DNA from: Lingula anatina
Lineage: Eukaryota > Animalia > Brachiopoda
DNA length: 64,000 bases
NCBI GenBank assembly: GCA_051362555.1
Contig: CM120640.1
Span: 68,798,788 to 68,862,787 of the forward strand
Direction of reading: 5' to 3'
How positions within the stretch are numbered: position 1 is the first letter of the stretch; each line of letters begins with the position of its first letter. Under the pieces are notes generated by a model that saw only the letters and a program-made list of their open reading frames with translations, was not told the DNA's origin and searched no databases. This document shows, one piece after another, positions 23,801-38,800 of the stretch. Made by a program: the position numbers and the translations under genes.

Positions 23801-26800
23801 TTAATTAAGTATCAATAGATAATAAGGATAGATAATAATGGAACTAGGCTAACCCAATTCCGTAAGTTGCCTTTGATGGTAGGTTTCTCTCAGAGATGAA
23901 TTAATGATTGGATTTGCATATCAAAGCTTTCAAAAAGTATGAGTTGATAGATGAGCCCTGCCTTGATGTCTCTGGAAAAATACTGATTGGCATGCTTGGG
24001 ACAGATTCATTCTTCATCAGATTGCATGCACACATGCTTTATTATTGGTCCTGCATTGTACTGCAAATAGTATACAGTTTCACATCAAGATCCTAGTAAG
24101 AAAAGTTCTATATGCATAGAATGTTTATGTCCTGTAAAGATATTCCCCACCGTGTCTCGTGTCAGGTGATCTGTTTTCTTTTTACTGTATACATCAGGTT
24201 ATTACATGTTCATGATGAGGTGCTTGAAGCTCCTTGTGTTTTTTTCTTTGTCTTCAGGGAGGACGAGGTCCCTAGGGTAATCAGCATCTGTGAAAATAAG
24301 CCGATTGATACTGGAGTCCACATATTGCATGTGAAGGCTGTCTAATTGAGTGAACAGACAATAGATGGATATGAAAATGTTTTTTTCTTAAAGAAATTCC
24401 ATTATTCTGAGAAGTGTGCTAGTTGTAGTATGATTAATATAGGTCGCTTGTTGCTTCCATTCATGTCCACATATTTCATTTGGTTAACAAGTTGTGGCTA
24501 ATTAGATCAATTAAATTCAAATTAAGGTTCATCTTAGAAAGATTGATGGTAGATTGGAACATAATGAATTGAGGGTTGGAGCTGACTGGCTTTATTTCAA
24601 TGTCTTTTTGTTAAATTGTATTGGTATTAATTATGAACCAGAAGCCATTTACTCTTCTCTTTGTTATCAGCCCAATGTGGCAGAGATATGAAAGAAGCAC
24701 CATTGTTTTAATCTACTCGTCTCTTTGCAGTCTTCTTTTGTGAATGATATTTGCACAAAATGGTGTAATTTCTTAGAGATGGTCTCCCTATTAGGATGGC
24801 CTATGTTGAAAAGGAGTATGAATAAAACCATTTAAATTTAGATTGTATATTTATTATGCTATTTACATGATCCAAACCATCAGAACAATCATGGTGCCAT
24901 AGTTTGAAGCAAAGTTTAATCTTCAATTTGATACTAATCTGTAATGTAAATACTTGTAACCTTTTTGTAAGTTTCAGTTACTTTAGTCTCATCCAGCTTT
25001 ATACTCCCTGGATCATAAATGAGTACAGCTTGGTCAAAATTTTACTTTATTTTCTACAGTGGGGATGGCTTTTTGTGTGACTCTGATTATCATAGCTTTT
25101 CTGTCAATTTAAGGAACGCAGAGGACATTTGTGAAATCAAATTTGCATTGATCTCTTTTTCAAAAATGATTGACATGTCATGGGTCTTTATTGACATCTG
25201 TAGGTCAAAAGTCGCATATTGAAGCATATGCAGCTAAATGTCAGTTTCTTTATGGATTTCATAACAAAATGAGAGAGAAACCTGCATGTTAAATATGACA
25301 CGATTACTCTAAAAAGCAATATGATGAGGATGCACATAGGAAATGAAAATTGAGGTTAGAGATCTTAGAGTCATTGCAGAAGAAGAGCTGGAAAGTTGTT
25401 CAATCAAATCAAGTATCTTTTATTTGATGGTATGTGATGATGGATGCAAAGGTAAGACACATTTCACCAAAGACACAAGAAGCATGAAGTTTTTTTTTAG
25501 TTTTAAAAAAGTGAGTATATTTTATATTTTAGAGTGATATTTCAATGGACAGGCGTGAAGAAATTTATTGGAGAAGTAAGTAGGTACAACTCCAGACTTG
25601 GGAGGTGGGGGGTGGGGGGGGAGGATGCTTGGGGAGATGTGGGGGAGAGTGTTAGAAAAATGTTGGGTAAGGTTGCACTTGGACATTCTGTCAGGATTTC
25701 CAGGATTATTTGTTTTGACAATTTAATATTTACTGATACTTTTTTTCTTGGTTGGATTACAACTAGAAATTCGAGATCTGTTTTTGTTCAAAATGGGTTT
25801 GAATAGTTTTGGAAAGGCTATTTCTAAAATATTCTGCATTAGATGGATATTAATAGTCCTATTTTACTTCTTGCAATTACAGCGATAGATTCTTTCTGTA
25901 CAATTATCATGTGAGATCAAAACTGAAATAATGGCAATGTGCATAGCAATATAAATCACCTTTGATTTAATGAATCCTACAGGTAGCCATCTTTGAAAAA
26001 TCCTTTCAGAATTTTTATAACAAGAGATACCGTTCCCATTTTATCGAACACCGTTTTGCTCGGGATGATCTTACTAATGGTTCCTGTGTCAATGGAGTTC
26101 AACAGATAGCCAGCAAAGTGGATTGTTTTTTCAAGGTGCCTGTATAATTATGAATCAATATTTAAAGTTGTCTTATCCCTTAATCTAGTCATAATTCTCG
26201 TGCAGATCAGAAATATAAGATGTGCTTTGCGGATGAAATGAATTTAGCAGTAGATTAACTCTAGATTGACATTTATTATTTGTAGAGGAGAGTGAGAGAA
26301 AAGATGCTTTGAACACTTCATTTCCACTCAGGAAATTGAGATATTTCATGTGAGTTTAATGATTTTGTTCAGTAGACTTGACATGAAGTATTCCCCTGTT
26401 TCCCACAGGAGGCCAGATGTTCTGATGGGCACTATTAGATTAGGTTTGGTGAGGAGATCCTACAGAGGTAGACATCAGAAAGTAATGAGGCTCGGTGTAT
26501 TGTGTGAAAAAGATAAAGAAGGACTTTGGAATGTGTTTGTTTTACTTTTGTTTAAGGAACTGTGCAGTGAAAGAAGCCGCGTAAGATGGCATTTATCAGC
26601 ATGTGCGTGGTCAAAGTCGGGAAGCATTTGGGAGGGAAATTGACCTCGAGTAATCCACCAGGAAAAAATCTAGTTGCAAAACTGCAGAATATCTCTCTCT
26701 GTACCAGAGAGGGAATGTCTGTTAAGATATGAAGAAAAACTTTGATAATCTACTCCCAGAAAATTCATAATGAGCATAGCTAGTTTCTCTATATTATATG

Positions 26801-29800
26801 GTCCTACAGTGATAAATCCCTTATTAATATTTAATGTTTATCCCTGTCAAGTAATGTTTAGTAATCCCCAGTCAAGAGGATTGACATTGAAAATAAGCTA
26901 GGCATCTCTTGAAAACAAATATATACCTGTTATGCTTCAGTTTTGTTTTTAAAACTAAGTATTGACAAGGTAGAGAAGAGATGTGTTCACATTCCTGATT
27001 GTTCTACAGATTGATGGCCTGGTATCATCCAGTGTAATGATAAGTGGTGTGAACACTGCTTATAATTTGAGGCGCATGGGTGTTGCAGAGAATCTAAATA
27101 TCCCGAACAAGTGATACTGTCAATGTCTGGTTAGCACACAGCTTTTCTGAATATCTTGCAGGTGGATTTAGATGACTCTTGAATTGGCAGATTTTAAGTG
27201 CATTTCCCTTTGATTTGTGACAGTTTAACTTAAAACAATTCTATCTCGGCAGCCTGGACATAAATTCTTTGTAACCAAGCCCTCTGGTAGGCATTCAACC
27301 AACTCATTTATAACAGTGGTAAGCCAGGCAACTGGGAGGGATTAGAATATATCTCCTCCTGGTAGAAATTTATTATCATCTACCACAGCTGATCATCTCT
27401 TTTCACATTGAGTGGCACAGTTTTCTGTACTGCTCCGGTTTGACTATTCCTGGCATGTAATTTTGCAAGGGGGGGGGGGGGGGGTTCTTCCTTTTCTAGT
27501 ACACTTCCAATCAGTTGAAGTATCAAGGGCCCAGGGAAACATAAGGTCTCTGTATAGGTGGCTTCTGCATTAGCCAAAGTATTACATTGTCAACATCTTA
27601 AACTGCAGTGGCACAGAAAACTGGAAATCAAGATGTGTAAAGGGGCATGTTGTGGTATTGTACAGAGTTAGGCAGTTATAAGTAGACTGTAAACGGACCT
27701 GTATTAATGGTCCATATGTTTTTCGACTGGAGCCCCAGTAAGATATGTGGAAGTGAATGTGACTGTGACACCTTTATCAGCCTGATGGCAGACACGACTA
27801 AATATGAAGTCACTTTATATTTATTAATGTCTGCCATTGTACGAAGAGGCCATGAAAAAGGAAATTAACTGTAGCTTAGTGGCCTATTAAAACTGATGAT
27901 GTGTGTGGATGGAGTACTATGAAGCTTCGTGATCCACTGCATTTATAGTCATCTGCCCCTCGCAAGCACAGCGGCCTTTTAAAAATGCAGTGTTTTGAGA
28001 ATGAAGTGGGTTGGATGCAGGAATTGAATGGACTGGCTAACTTGAAATAGCTGATGATACTTTCAGGAGTGTGTAAAATAAATGGAAAAAAAATTGTAAT
28101 TACGTTAATGGACTGTAATGATAACCCCTGTACTAATGCATGACCAAAAGAATTGTATGAAACCAGACAGTTTCCACGAAGTTCATTATAGAATACAGAC
28201 TAGCTGATATTGACCTGCCTGGTTTGTGAAATAAAAAATATCTTCTTTGTAGTTTAAAATATGTGTATGATACAGTAATAACATTCATCCTAGGAAATGT
28301 AATTGATTTATGTGGTACCTGGTTGTCTTAACTAGAGACCACGCAGATATTTGTAAAGATACCGCTCAATCAGCCTGCTTTCCCCCTGTTGCTCATTACC
28401 CTCTGTATGGCAGTTAACACAGCAACTAATCTTGGCTTGATGTGTCAGAAATGGACATTGATTTTCTTTAAAAAAAATGATGAAGTGGCGGCATAGAATG
28501 GGATGACTCTGGTCATAGATGATGCTGACCTCTATTGAGAGAATTAGACACTGATAGATTGAAAAGGGACATATAGGTTCAAGATAACATATTGTGGCTT
28601 AATATGATCATAAAAATTATTATTTGTCTTTAGACAATAACCATAGGATTTCAGACAGGGACCATCAGTTTAAAAGAAATTCATCTATTGATTGTTGGGG
28701 CTTCAGATAAGAAAAAATCACTGCTTTGTTTAGATATCTTGCTAAATTTAAATCTTACAAGTAGTCATTTGAAGGTAACTGTTTTTTTTTTGGAAAATTA
28801 AAAAGATAAAGTGTTTGCAGGTGTGATGTTAATTTTTTTTTTGTTTTATTTGTTTATTTTTATTATTATTTATCATATTTTTTGTGCGTGTTACTTGATA
28901 GTTGACTGATGTCTTCCTGTTTGAAGCTTGTATTTGGATAATGGCAGTGTAGGGCTGCTATGTATGTGAAGGAATAGGTGTAAAAACCTGTCATGCAGCA
29001 TGCGATCCACGCTCTCTTAGCTCAGCTTTCAATCATGTATCTTGTCGCTTTAATTGCGTAAATACACAGTTATGACACCAGGATATGCTTCACTGAGTAA
29101 CATTTGAAAGAAACAGAACATTTCAATTTGCAGAGGATATTGACTTGATATTGAGGCAGCAGAATGGGATCTTAGATGTATTTATAAACAACAAATAGAA
29201 GGAACTCTATTTTACTTCTCTAAATGCAGCAGACGAAACACACTAAACGAGGTTTAAGTCACGTTTGATGTGCAGGAAAAGAAAGAACTACTCGGTAAAC
29301 ATAATAGAAGCGGACTTAAAAGTTTGAAGTAGATTGTTCAAGATGGTCAATTGAAAACTTTCAAAGATGTTAATTTGATTTGCAGGTAGATAAACATTCA
29401 GTTAGTCTGCTCTGTCTGTCATCAAAAATTGACAAGAACAAAAGATATAATGTAAGGTGCATTAGCAATAATACAGCGTATGTGTGTGTTTATAAATGAC
29501 CATTATATATTTAAAAGAAAAATGGCATTTTGATTTGGAGTTCCTTCTTTTGCCCACCACATTGTAACTGTTGACATTTGTCTATTTCTACAGGAGCACA
29601 GTTTTAGAGACAGAGTGCTGAGAAAATCATTTGATGCAAAAAAAAAAAAAGCTCCTCTTCACTGAAAACTATTAAAGAAATGATACTTGCTTCAGTCTTC
29701 ATACCTGCATAGCAGCCACTCAACTCTTCTCAACCATGCCTTCATCAGTTTCAAACTGACGAATGGTATATATTAATATTAATTGGCTGATAGTAGGGCA

Positions 29801-32800
29801 ATATACCATCATGGTTTTCAGCAATATATATGTGTGCGCATCCTACCCTCATCATCTTCATGGTATTGACAACAATAGCAAGTCTGCGAATAGGTGAAAA
29901 TGCAACATACTAAATATTGATTTGCCCAGCATTTTTGTAAGTGGCAGCAGGCTTGCAGACCGGCCTCGGAGATGAGAACAGGTTGTTGTTGGCATTAAGG
30001 GCTTCCCAATTGAAATGAACAAGCTTGTATACTGTCGATACGCTGGTGAATGTTAAAGACAGTTCATTGTCCATTGACTAGGAAAAGCTGCATGTGCCAA
30101 TGAGGACAAGTGCTTTTTTATATGCTGGTTTTATATTGATGGTTTTCTTGTGTGATCAGCTGAATACTACTTCAACTATTTAAGAAACATTGATACTGCT
30201 GCTGCTGTTATTGTTGTCTAAACACATTTTGTAATTATGATGACTCAACAAGTGAATCTGCCACAAAAGCAAGTGGAGGTAGGTAGAATTATCTCGAGTT
30301 TCTTATATGTGAAAGTATCGCAATATTATTTTCTCTTTAAACCTTTATTTAATTTTTTCATTGTTAGTGTTATTTCCTTGGAAATTGATTAAATCCCCTG
30401 ACCTGTGATTAATTCACAGGTATTTCTCTTCTGACATTTGTACACCTTTGCTTTGTTCTGTATCTCCATCCATGCATGTTTTACCTTCGAATCTGTTTTC
30501 AAGCTTAAATACTTTTTCTGCTTGGTTTGCGCAACATTTTGTTTAAGTAGCGTATTGACTCAATTAAACTAATGAGTTGGATCTTTTTAATGGATTTCTT
30601 TGTAACCAGTGGTGTTAACTGAACTTGGGGATGTACAAGAGTAATGCTGGCTTGCTTGCATGTGTGTCTTTGCTGTGAAGTGAGATGCCCCTTTTTGCCT
30701 GAGTTGTGTCCTGACATGTCCTATCTTCATGGTTAGCTAGTTTTTCTGTCCAAACTTAATTGGATGTCAAATAAAAAGAGTTCATATGTTACCAGAAGGA
30801 TAGGAAATTTTTGTGGAGATAGTGAGGTTACACCAAATTAGAGAAGACCAACGTGATACATTCATCCAGACAAGATAAGTTAATCAAATTTAAAAGAAAG
30901 ACGGCATTAATTGGCAGTTTGAAGGATATGGATGTGGATGGTTTTCCTCCTGATGAAAACATTTAAGGTGTTTAGGGCATCTTTTTCTTTTTTAAATTAT
31001 AATAAGGTGAGTTTTGTGATTGCAAACCAATAAATGACTTAACATGTTTAAACTTCATTAGTTATGGAAGAAATATAATGGAAACCATGTGGAGTGGATA
31101 AGCGTGTTGGTAGGTGCTTATGAAGTGTAGTGGAGATGACTGAAATTTTAAACTATAATCTGCAAGGCTAAAATGTATTTGGATACATTAATACATTAAG
31201 TTGATCAAAAGCTTAAGATGAAGATGGCATTGGACATCAAAGATGTACCAATAAATAGATCAAAATTCATTCTGTGGAGAAATTTGGACTGAGAATGGAC
31301 TGAAGATGTGAAAACCAAGGCTACTGAGCCTTGTGTCCACCTTGGTGAAAGCAGCAAAATGGTATCTACTGCATGTGACACCACAACATTTGAACAACTT
31401 CCCAACATGTCCGGTTGTAACAAAGGTTGCTTATACAATACTCTATTTATTTGTTTTATAAATAACTAAAGAGAACACATTTAGTTTGAGTTTGTTTTCA
31501 CAGAATACCATATTGATATAGTCTGACAGATGATTGAAGGTTAAATATTCAGAAAGACTTTGTTTGCTTTTAGTCGGCATGGTTATGATACTTTTTTGGA
31601 CAACTTGGTTCAGATGATATGATGTGTTGGTCAGCACTGGTCCCAGCACCATTATCAGGAGGCTATCTTCTGTATTACCCAGGACGGGTTGCCCTGGCTA
31701 TGCTTTGAAATTGTGATTTGACAAAATTTTATGTTCGTAGAGTGTTTATTACCACTTTTATGAAACTATGTCCATTTTTAATGTGACCTACTTCACCAGA
31801 ATCATTCCCAGTGTATCCTGTTTATATGATTTCTGAAATATTATTTAATTTCCTCATCCCTCACTACATTGTACAAAAGCTGCTTCATGTCCTATAATCC
31901 TTCCATTTCAGCAAGATATATATTTCATCATCTGTTTTGATAAAACCAACTTAAATTACATTTTGCTTATGCTACACAATTAAAATTTTATAGCAGCTGA
32001 TGGTCTGAGAGGCATCTTTAATAGAGTTTGTCAAGATAATCAAAGCAAGGGTGGCTACACTTTTTTCTTGCTTGGTGAAATAACTTCTGATATATTATTT
32101 TTGACCCGATGTCATTCTTGCCTCTAAATTATTTGCTGTCTCTTAATTATTTTCTGTACAAGTCTTTTCATTCTTGAATCTTCCTTACCATATGCAAATG
32201 ATGTCAGAAATGTAGATAAGCTGACGTTTGACTGATGTGCGCTAGGGAAGGAAAGAAAGATCCAAGGTAGATGGATAACTAAACGAGATAGTGCAAGATC
32301 AATCAATTTTTTGGCCAGCAGTGTTTCCCCAACTGAAATGGAACTTTTCTAGTACTTGGCACTGTTTGTTTCATTTGGGTTCACAAGGGACAGTAATTGT
32401 GGTGGTCTTTGTATAGCCAGTACTGTATAGAGTGCTAGGCTAATAGCAGAGATGAGATGGACATGAAGGGGGAAACTCGGTGAAGTGTTTACTGAGGTGA
32501 TGACTACTCTTCCCTGTAAATGTTTATGAACTGGATAAAAAAATTAAAAGAAAATTAAATATGGCTTATTGACACTTATTCTTAGTGACAGTGCACATCC
32601 CCTCACTCCCTGGAAGTCACCAGGCGCTGTGGGTGTTATGTACTGTTATTAATTCAGTTGCAGTGTGGATTTCAATAACAACTTGGTTCTTTGTTCTGGT
32701 AAAGTGTACAGGTGACAGACAATAGGCCAAAGGATACTTCCTTAGGACAATACAATTGAAGTCCATTATCCAATTGTAGCATTCACGCGTTCATTCATAC

Positions 32801-35800
32801 GTCTTACTTCTGCACAGCCGTAATAGCAACGTTATTTTTGATCTGCTAAACATGTTTGTTATCATATTGATAATCCCCTTAGATGTAAGCTCAGGTATAT
32901 AGGTGGCCCACCGTGTATTGTGTACAATGAGAAACTACCATTAGAAATTATTACTATCATAATTTCCCTTTGTGTGTTTTACTTGTCTCGAGAGGTAATT
33001 ACATGATGGGAACTGCAATAACCAATCAGATTGGCGGAGCCCAGTTGACAGAAGTACATTCAATGACTTCAGGGCACATTTGTCGAAAAGCTTCGTAAAT
33101 TATTCATAATGGTAATCTGCTAGAGTTGGATAACAGGGAAGTGTGGAGTACCTTATTCAGTAACAGGCTGAGTGGACAAAGCTGTGCAAGACTGCAGTGG
33201 TAGATCTCAGCCATTGCCGCTTACATACAACCAGGTAGTCCCCTGTGTTAGAACTATTCAGAAGCCATGCTGACAGAAACGACTGTACAGAGTCCGTTTG
33301 TGAGTAAAATCACTTGGTTCATTTCTATTAAAATAAGTCTGTTTATATGAGGAATTCTTTCATTTCGGCGATTATTAATTAAAAAAAAAATTAGCTGTTT
33401 TGTTTAATTGATTTGAAAACTTATCGAGAATTGGAATATGTTATATAGGATTGGTGAATGGATGCATGCTCTGTGTGTAAGACTGACTGGTAACATTGTG
33501 TAGATAGAAACTGTCAATCTTCTCACCTGCTTAAGTAGCTCAAGTGGTAGCATTCCTTGCTTAATTTTCACTTGTTTTGTTATTGAGGCACAAGTGGAAG
33601 TAAGTGACAGTTTTTTGTCGCCAAAGCTCTGGCTGTTATTACCGAGGTTTAAGAACAGGTAGGCCTAGTATAGGTGGCAAATGAGAACGCTTAATTAGCC
33701 ATAACAAGTTCTTTTCATATCATTCTTATTAAGGACTGCAAAATGGGTTTGTTAGATAACAAATGCAGAATTGATTGTTTCCTCATGTCTTTTTTCACCA
33801 TCAGATACCCCTGTCCTCCTGTGAGAGTCTACCTAAACACATTAAAAAAAAGTAGGAGGCTGGGATATTCAATTTTTACTGACCATACTGTGGACAAGAG
33901 AGTAAAAGCTCTGGAGAAATAACACATCCAAGCCGTTTATTGTATTGATTTCCAATTGCTGTCCTTTTGTTCCTTGTTCCACACATGTTGATCCCTCTCT
34001 GTTCACCAGCCTTGGGATATTGGCATTCTAGCATAAAATATCTTTTTATTCATCGTTTGATTGACATTTCATATCTAATTGTTAACAATTGTCTAAAAGC
34101 ATTTATACAAATTATTTCTCGATTAATGGGCTGATTTGAAAACCATTTGTCAATTGCAATATTGACAGATATGATAACTTGCTTATATGTATGTGCATGA
34201 ATTAGAAAAAGGTCTCGATGGGTCACAGTCTTATTTGTTTAAGTCGCCTCGTGGCTGGTGTTGTGTTTTGTCAGAAAACCACGGAGCAGGTGTTGGTGCA
34301 AGTTGAAAATGTGAAACAATATTGTAATAATATCTAACGTGCTGCTGACTAATGGAACTTTCTTTTTACACATCCTGAAATTAGATCATCATGGTGGAAT
34401 CATGAACTGGTGAACTGGAAATTGACTTCTTACGTTATCGTAATCGGTGTATCTGTCTGTCTGTTGCTTTCTAGAGTGTATCAGAAACCAATTATGCCGT
34501 CACACCAGTGAAATTTGAATACAGAAAACACTAAACCAACAACTTGTACTGCAGTTTTTGTTTGAAAAAGCTGCAAATTCTGCAAACACAACTTAGATGC
34601 ACAGATCCACAGTAAATATTAGCTTTTGCATTGAATCCAAGAAAGCCCTGGCCACTGCGCCATTCAAGGTGTTTGAGCAAGGATGAGTTGTTTCCTAGTT
34701 AGAGAAGTTTCATTTTAGCTTTATTTGCAGCTTTGATCTGCATTTATCTCACAGGCAATGAGGTATGAACAATAAAATGTTGCAACAAAATGTCAAGCTT
34801 CCGATTTCTATCCTATTTCATGCTATTCAGTAAACAAATGAGTTGTCTCGCTTATTGATCTGATCACCGTTTCTGATGGTGTTGGTGCTACACAGCTTCA
34901 ACTTGTTCTAGGCAATGTGTGTGTAAAGCTAAGCAAGTGAAGGAACGAGTGATTAATAAAAATCAGCATATTGATTCAGATGTTCCATCTTGGGAGATAA
35001 TGGAGTCCAATGTCCCATGTGCCTGCATTAATAATGATATATTAGAAAAGAGGCTATGCAGCCGCAAGTCTCCAGAGATCCATGGAATTGGAGTAACTTT
35101 GTGCAGCCTATTGCTTAGTTCCTTCAAATAGCTTGATAAAGGAGACTATTTAAGACGGATAAGAAAATGAAATTAAACTTGTAGGGATCTGATAATCTTG
35201 ATGTACATACTTGCTAACGATGATGAAAGGGTCCATTTGAAGAGGAGATGCATTTAAAGAGGAGGCTTAGATTAAGTTAACATATCTCAGAAATTTAAAG
35301 AAATGGATGGTATGGTTATTGAACTGTCTTTGTCTTGCTGATTAGCACTTGCAATGACAGCAAAGCCCGAGTTGTCTGTTCATCAGATAAGAACACGTCT
35401 CCCCTACTGTCATGAAGTGAAAAGCGATACTGAAGTTTATTGTAGAATTGGCTTTCTGACTTCCCATACATAGACTACTATCAGCAGTGGTAATGGTTTT
35501 CTGCTTTCTATTGAATTCAGCTTCTGTGCATATTAAGTCATCTGACTTCTCGATGACGATGTGGAAATTGCTAGATAATTCTCTAAGTGGATGCGATTAT
35601 TGTCTGGGAGTTATTTGATGTGCTAAGTGTACTAGTTGACTTGATTCAGTTGGTCAATAAAGGGCTCTATGGGACAGAGGCCATATGTTGTAGAAGTGTA
35701 CCACAGCCTCATCACTAGGTGTCACACGTGTGGATGAAGTATGGCATGAAATTGTTCTTCCCTAGCATGAGCATGGTTTCCATATTAACTTAACTCAATG

Positions 35801-38800
35801 TATTTTATCTCTTTTGGGACTGCTTTTTTTCTTTCTATCTGGCTGACTTCCCATATCTCTTTGCACTAAGCTTGTCTCAAAGTATGTCTATAAACTGTGT
35901 ATGATGACAGCATTGAGTGGTGTGTGTGTGTGATGATTTGATCTGCTGTAATAAAGCAGCCTCGGTTGATGACTTGAGTATCTAACCAGCCTTGTTTCCC
36001 GCTCACAGCCATATGCTCTCGCCTCACCACCACCACCTGGACTGTTCGTAATGACCCAACCTCTAGGTGTCACTTACACCGCACCGCCATTACTTCCACT
36101 GACCCTCGTACCATCCGTGGACAGTATACTGTCGCCACAGGTAGGTGCCACAACACCTTTGATTTTGTTTTGTCTTTTTTTTATCAATTTTGACTTTATA
36201 TCATTGCATTTGTCTTTTGTCTCAGGTTTTTTCCTCAGGTTATTTGTTAGCATATGTGTTTTAATCGGAGTTCATGTATATTTTTTCTAATGAAGATATA
36301 TTTTTCACTTAATTTAGTAAAATAGTGATATATTTGTTCTACAACGATGAAGCTACTGTTTGACCAGGGAAAGTGAATGCTAGATTTTGAATGTAATATG
36401 CATTAGACTTATGGAATGAATAAAGCATGCTTTTATTACTTGTGGATGTTATTGTATGATATTTATCGAAACCTTCTTTTGCATAAGTTTTTTTTAACTG
36501 TAGATTTATGTTTATCAAATAATAAGATAAACAGTTTTTTGTTGAAAGTATTCCCTGGCAACTTCAGATTGAGGTTGTATGAACTATCTCAGGCAAAGGA
36601 AGAGGGACCAACACTCTTGAAAAGATTTGTTCTAGTTAGTAAGATTTCTGATGAACTGGGGTTCAAAATATGGGTGGGGTGGGGGTGGGTGGGGGGGGGG
36701 GTACGACAGATTCAGATTCATGGCAAATGAGAAATAAACTCAGTTGTCAGATTTTCCTCATCTGTGCCTCTAACATTGTGGTACTTTTTAAAACAACAGG
36801 TGTCCATGTGGACAAAGACTTGTATTCATTAGCCATTTTGGGGCTTTTATATTAGTGATCTGTGGCACATTAAAAATCACTATGTTCTAAATTGTTTGTG
36901 GCCATGTATTCATGGACAAAGAGTTCATCTTAATTTTAGAGTTGTCCTGAAAGTGAATCATGTTCAAATTCCACAGAGCCATTCTTCTTTATATTGTTTT
37001 TTTCCCTTTCTGTTTTGAACTATACTTGAATAATATGGTTAAGAGATATTATAGGGCCATATTTTGCAACTGCCATCATGTCAAAGAATAAGTTTTGTAT
37101 GTAAAAACTTGCTTCATGTTCTATATCCATGCTGAGAGCTGCCAAAGACAAAGGTGTGGAGGGGATTGGTCATTACTGTGAAGCAGGACACATGATGATA
37201 ATGAGGATGTACAAGACAAAGGATCTGACTCTTATCCTCATTAAAAACCTCATTGAATTTTTTATTGCTAATAAGAAATTGTTACTACTAAAACTTGTTT
37301 TGAGTCCACACAGCAAAAGCATTGAAACATACTGAAGCCAGTGTTTTGGCAAGATGGGTAGGTGTTAACTGCAAAACAACCGCCTCAAAATTCTCTGCTT
37401 CAGCGCTTGTAACTAATGGCACTTGCAGCATATTCTCAATTTCCCCGAAGTGTAATTGTTGCTGGCTTAATTGATATCCTTCCAGGGACATTGGAATACT
37501 TAATTAGCACTTATTTTCTGTTCTACAGGCACATTCTTTTTTTTTTTTTTCTTTTTTTTTTTTTTCATTTCCTGAAGATAGGTCTTGTATGGCATATTTT
37601 TGCCATCTCATTTATAATTTACACTCAGCTGTTTGTACCTTATAACTCCAGTGTAATCAGCCAACTTTGATAACAGACGTTATCTTCAGATGGGCTTGTG
37701 ATGTGACGCGGCAGATTAGGCCAATTCTTGTAAACTTGATTTGAATTGCTGCCCCTCTTTGCTGGGGGCTGTGCTGTTGGGCAGGTCATTTTTTACGACC
37801 TCTTATCATGGTAGAACAAATTACTTGACTAATTATTGATTAATAACTCTACACAAATGGCATTATTATTGCTTGATTGAGTGTAGAGCCTTTATTGATT
37901 TTTGCACCACATAGGTTTTCTTAAGGGAAGATCTGCTGCAATGAACACACAAGGAATGCTTATCTTTTCTATTTGGCCATCTCCAAGGACCAGAGTTAGA
38001 CAGTATCTGCAAAGTTACTCAAAATAAATCAAATATTGGTGCTTCTCCTTGTTCCAACCATTCTATTATTATCATTTTGGATATTATTTTACAAGTTCTG
38101 TAAGTTCTGATAGCAATCAACCCTGCAACTTTAATTTCTGAACAATTGATTAAGTATCTTTTTCCTTCTTCATTTAGGCAAGAAAGAGTTTTCCTATTAA
38201 TCATGATTGGAATATGTTTGAAAATTCCCAGTTGCTTCTCGGTGGGTTATTTATCATACATTTTGACATGGTGGCATTGGTGTCCCAGATTAGGTAGTGG
38301 TAATAGCACCCTATCTTTGTGACCACAGACACCTGTTGGTAGGACTTGGCTGTCCTCACATGCTCTATAACTTTCAAAGTAATACACACAAAATTGGCAA
38401 ACTTTTCTTTTTGGTTAGATCAAGCCTCTAAACGGGTCTAATATAGACCATGGATGATAGAATTTCATACATGTGAGAAACATTAGTATTGTCTATGGGA
38501 AAAAAGTGCATTTATTGGATGATAGCCTGCTTTTAGGAAGATCTCTCTAAAATTGATTTTGGTGGAAGGAGTCACTAGAGATCTAGTATTTTTCTGACAG
38601 CAAAGCAACTTGAATGGTAATAGACTTATCTTCAGGAAGCAGGACCGGGTCCAGCAGCTGGAAAAGTTGATTTATTTTTTTGTAAAAAGAAGAATGAGTT
38701 TCATGGTAAGGATTTGACATAAAACATATTTAAGATTGCATGGGGGCTTAGTCAATTTTATTTTATTATTTCTTGTCAAATATGCATATGTATTGATTCA

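Noticed and set aside
28477-28530. ATGATGA...CTGA box C/D-like pair (similar TGATGA motifs at ~35901-35975)
   Set aside because: Too short, with no terminal stem or recognisable rRNA guide, so it is not supportable as a snoRNA.
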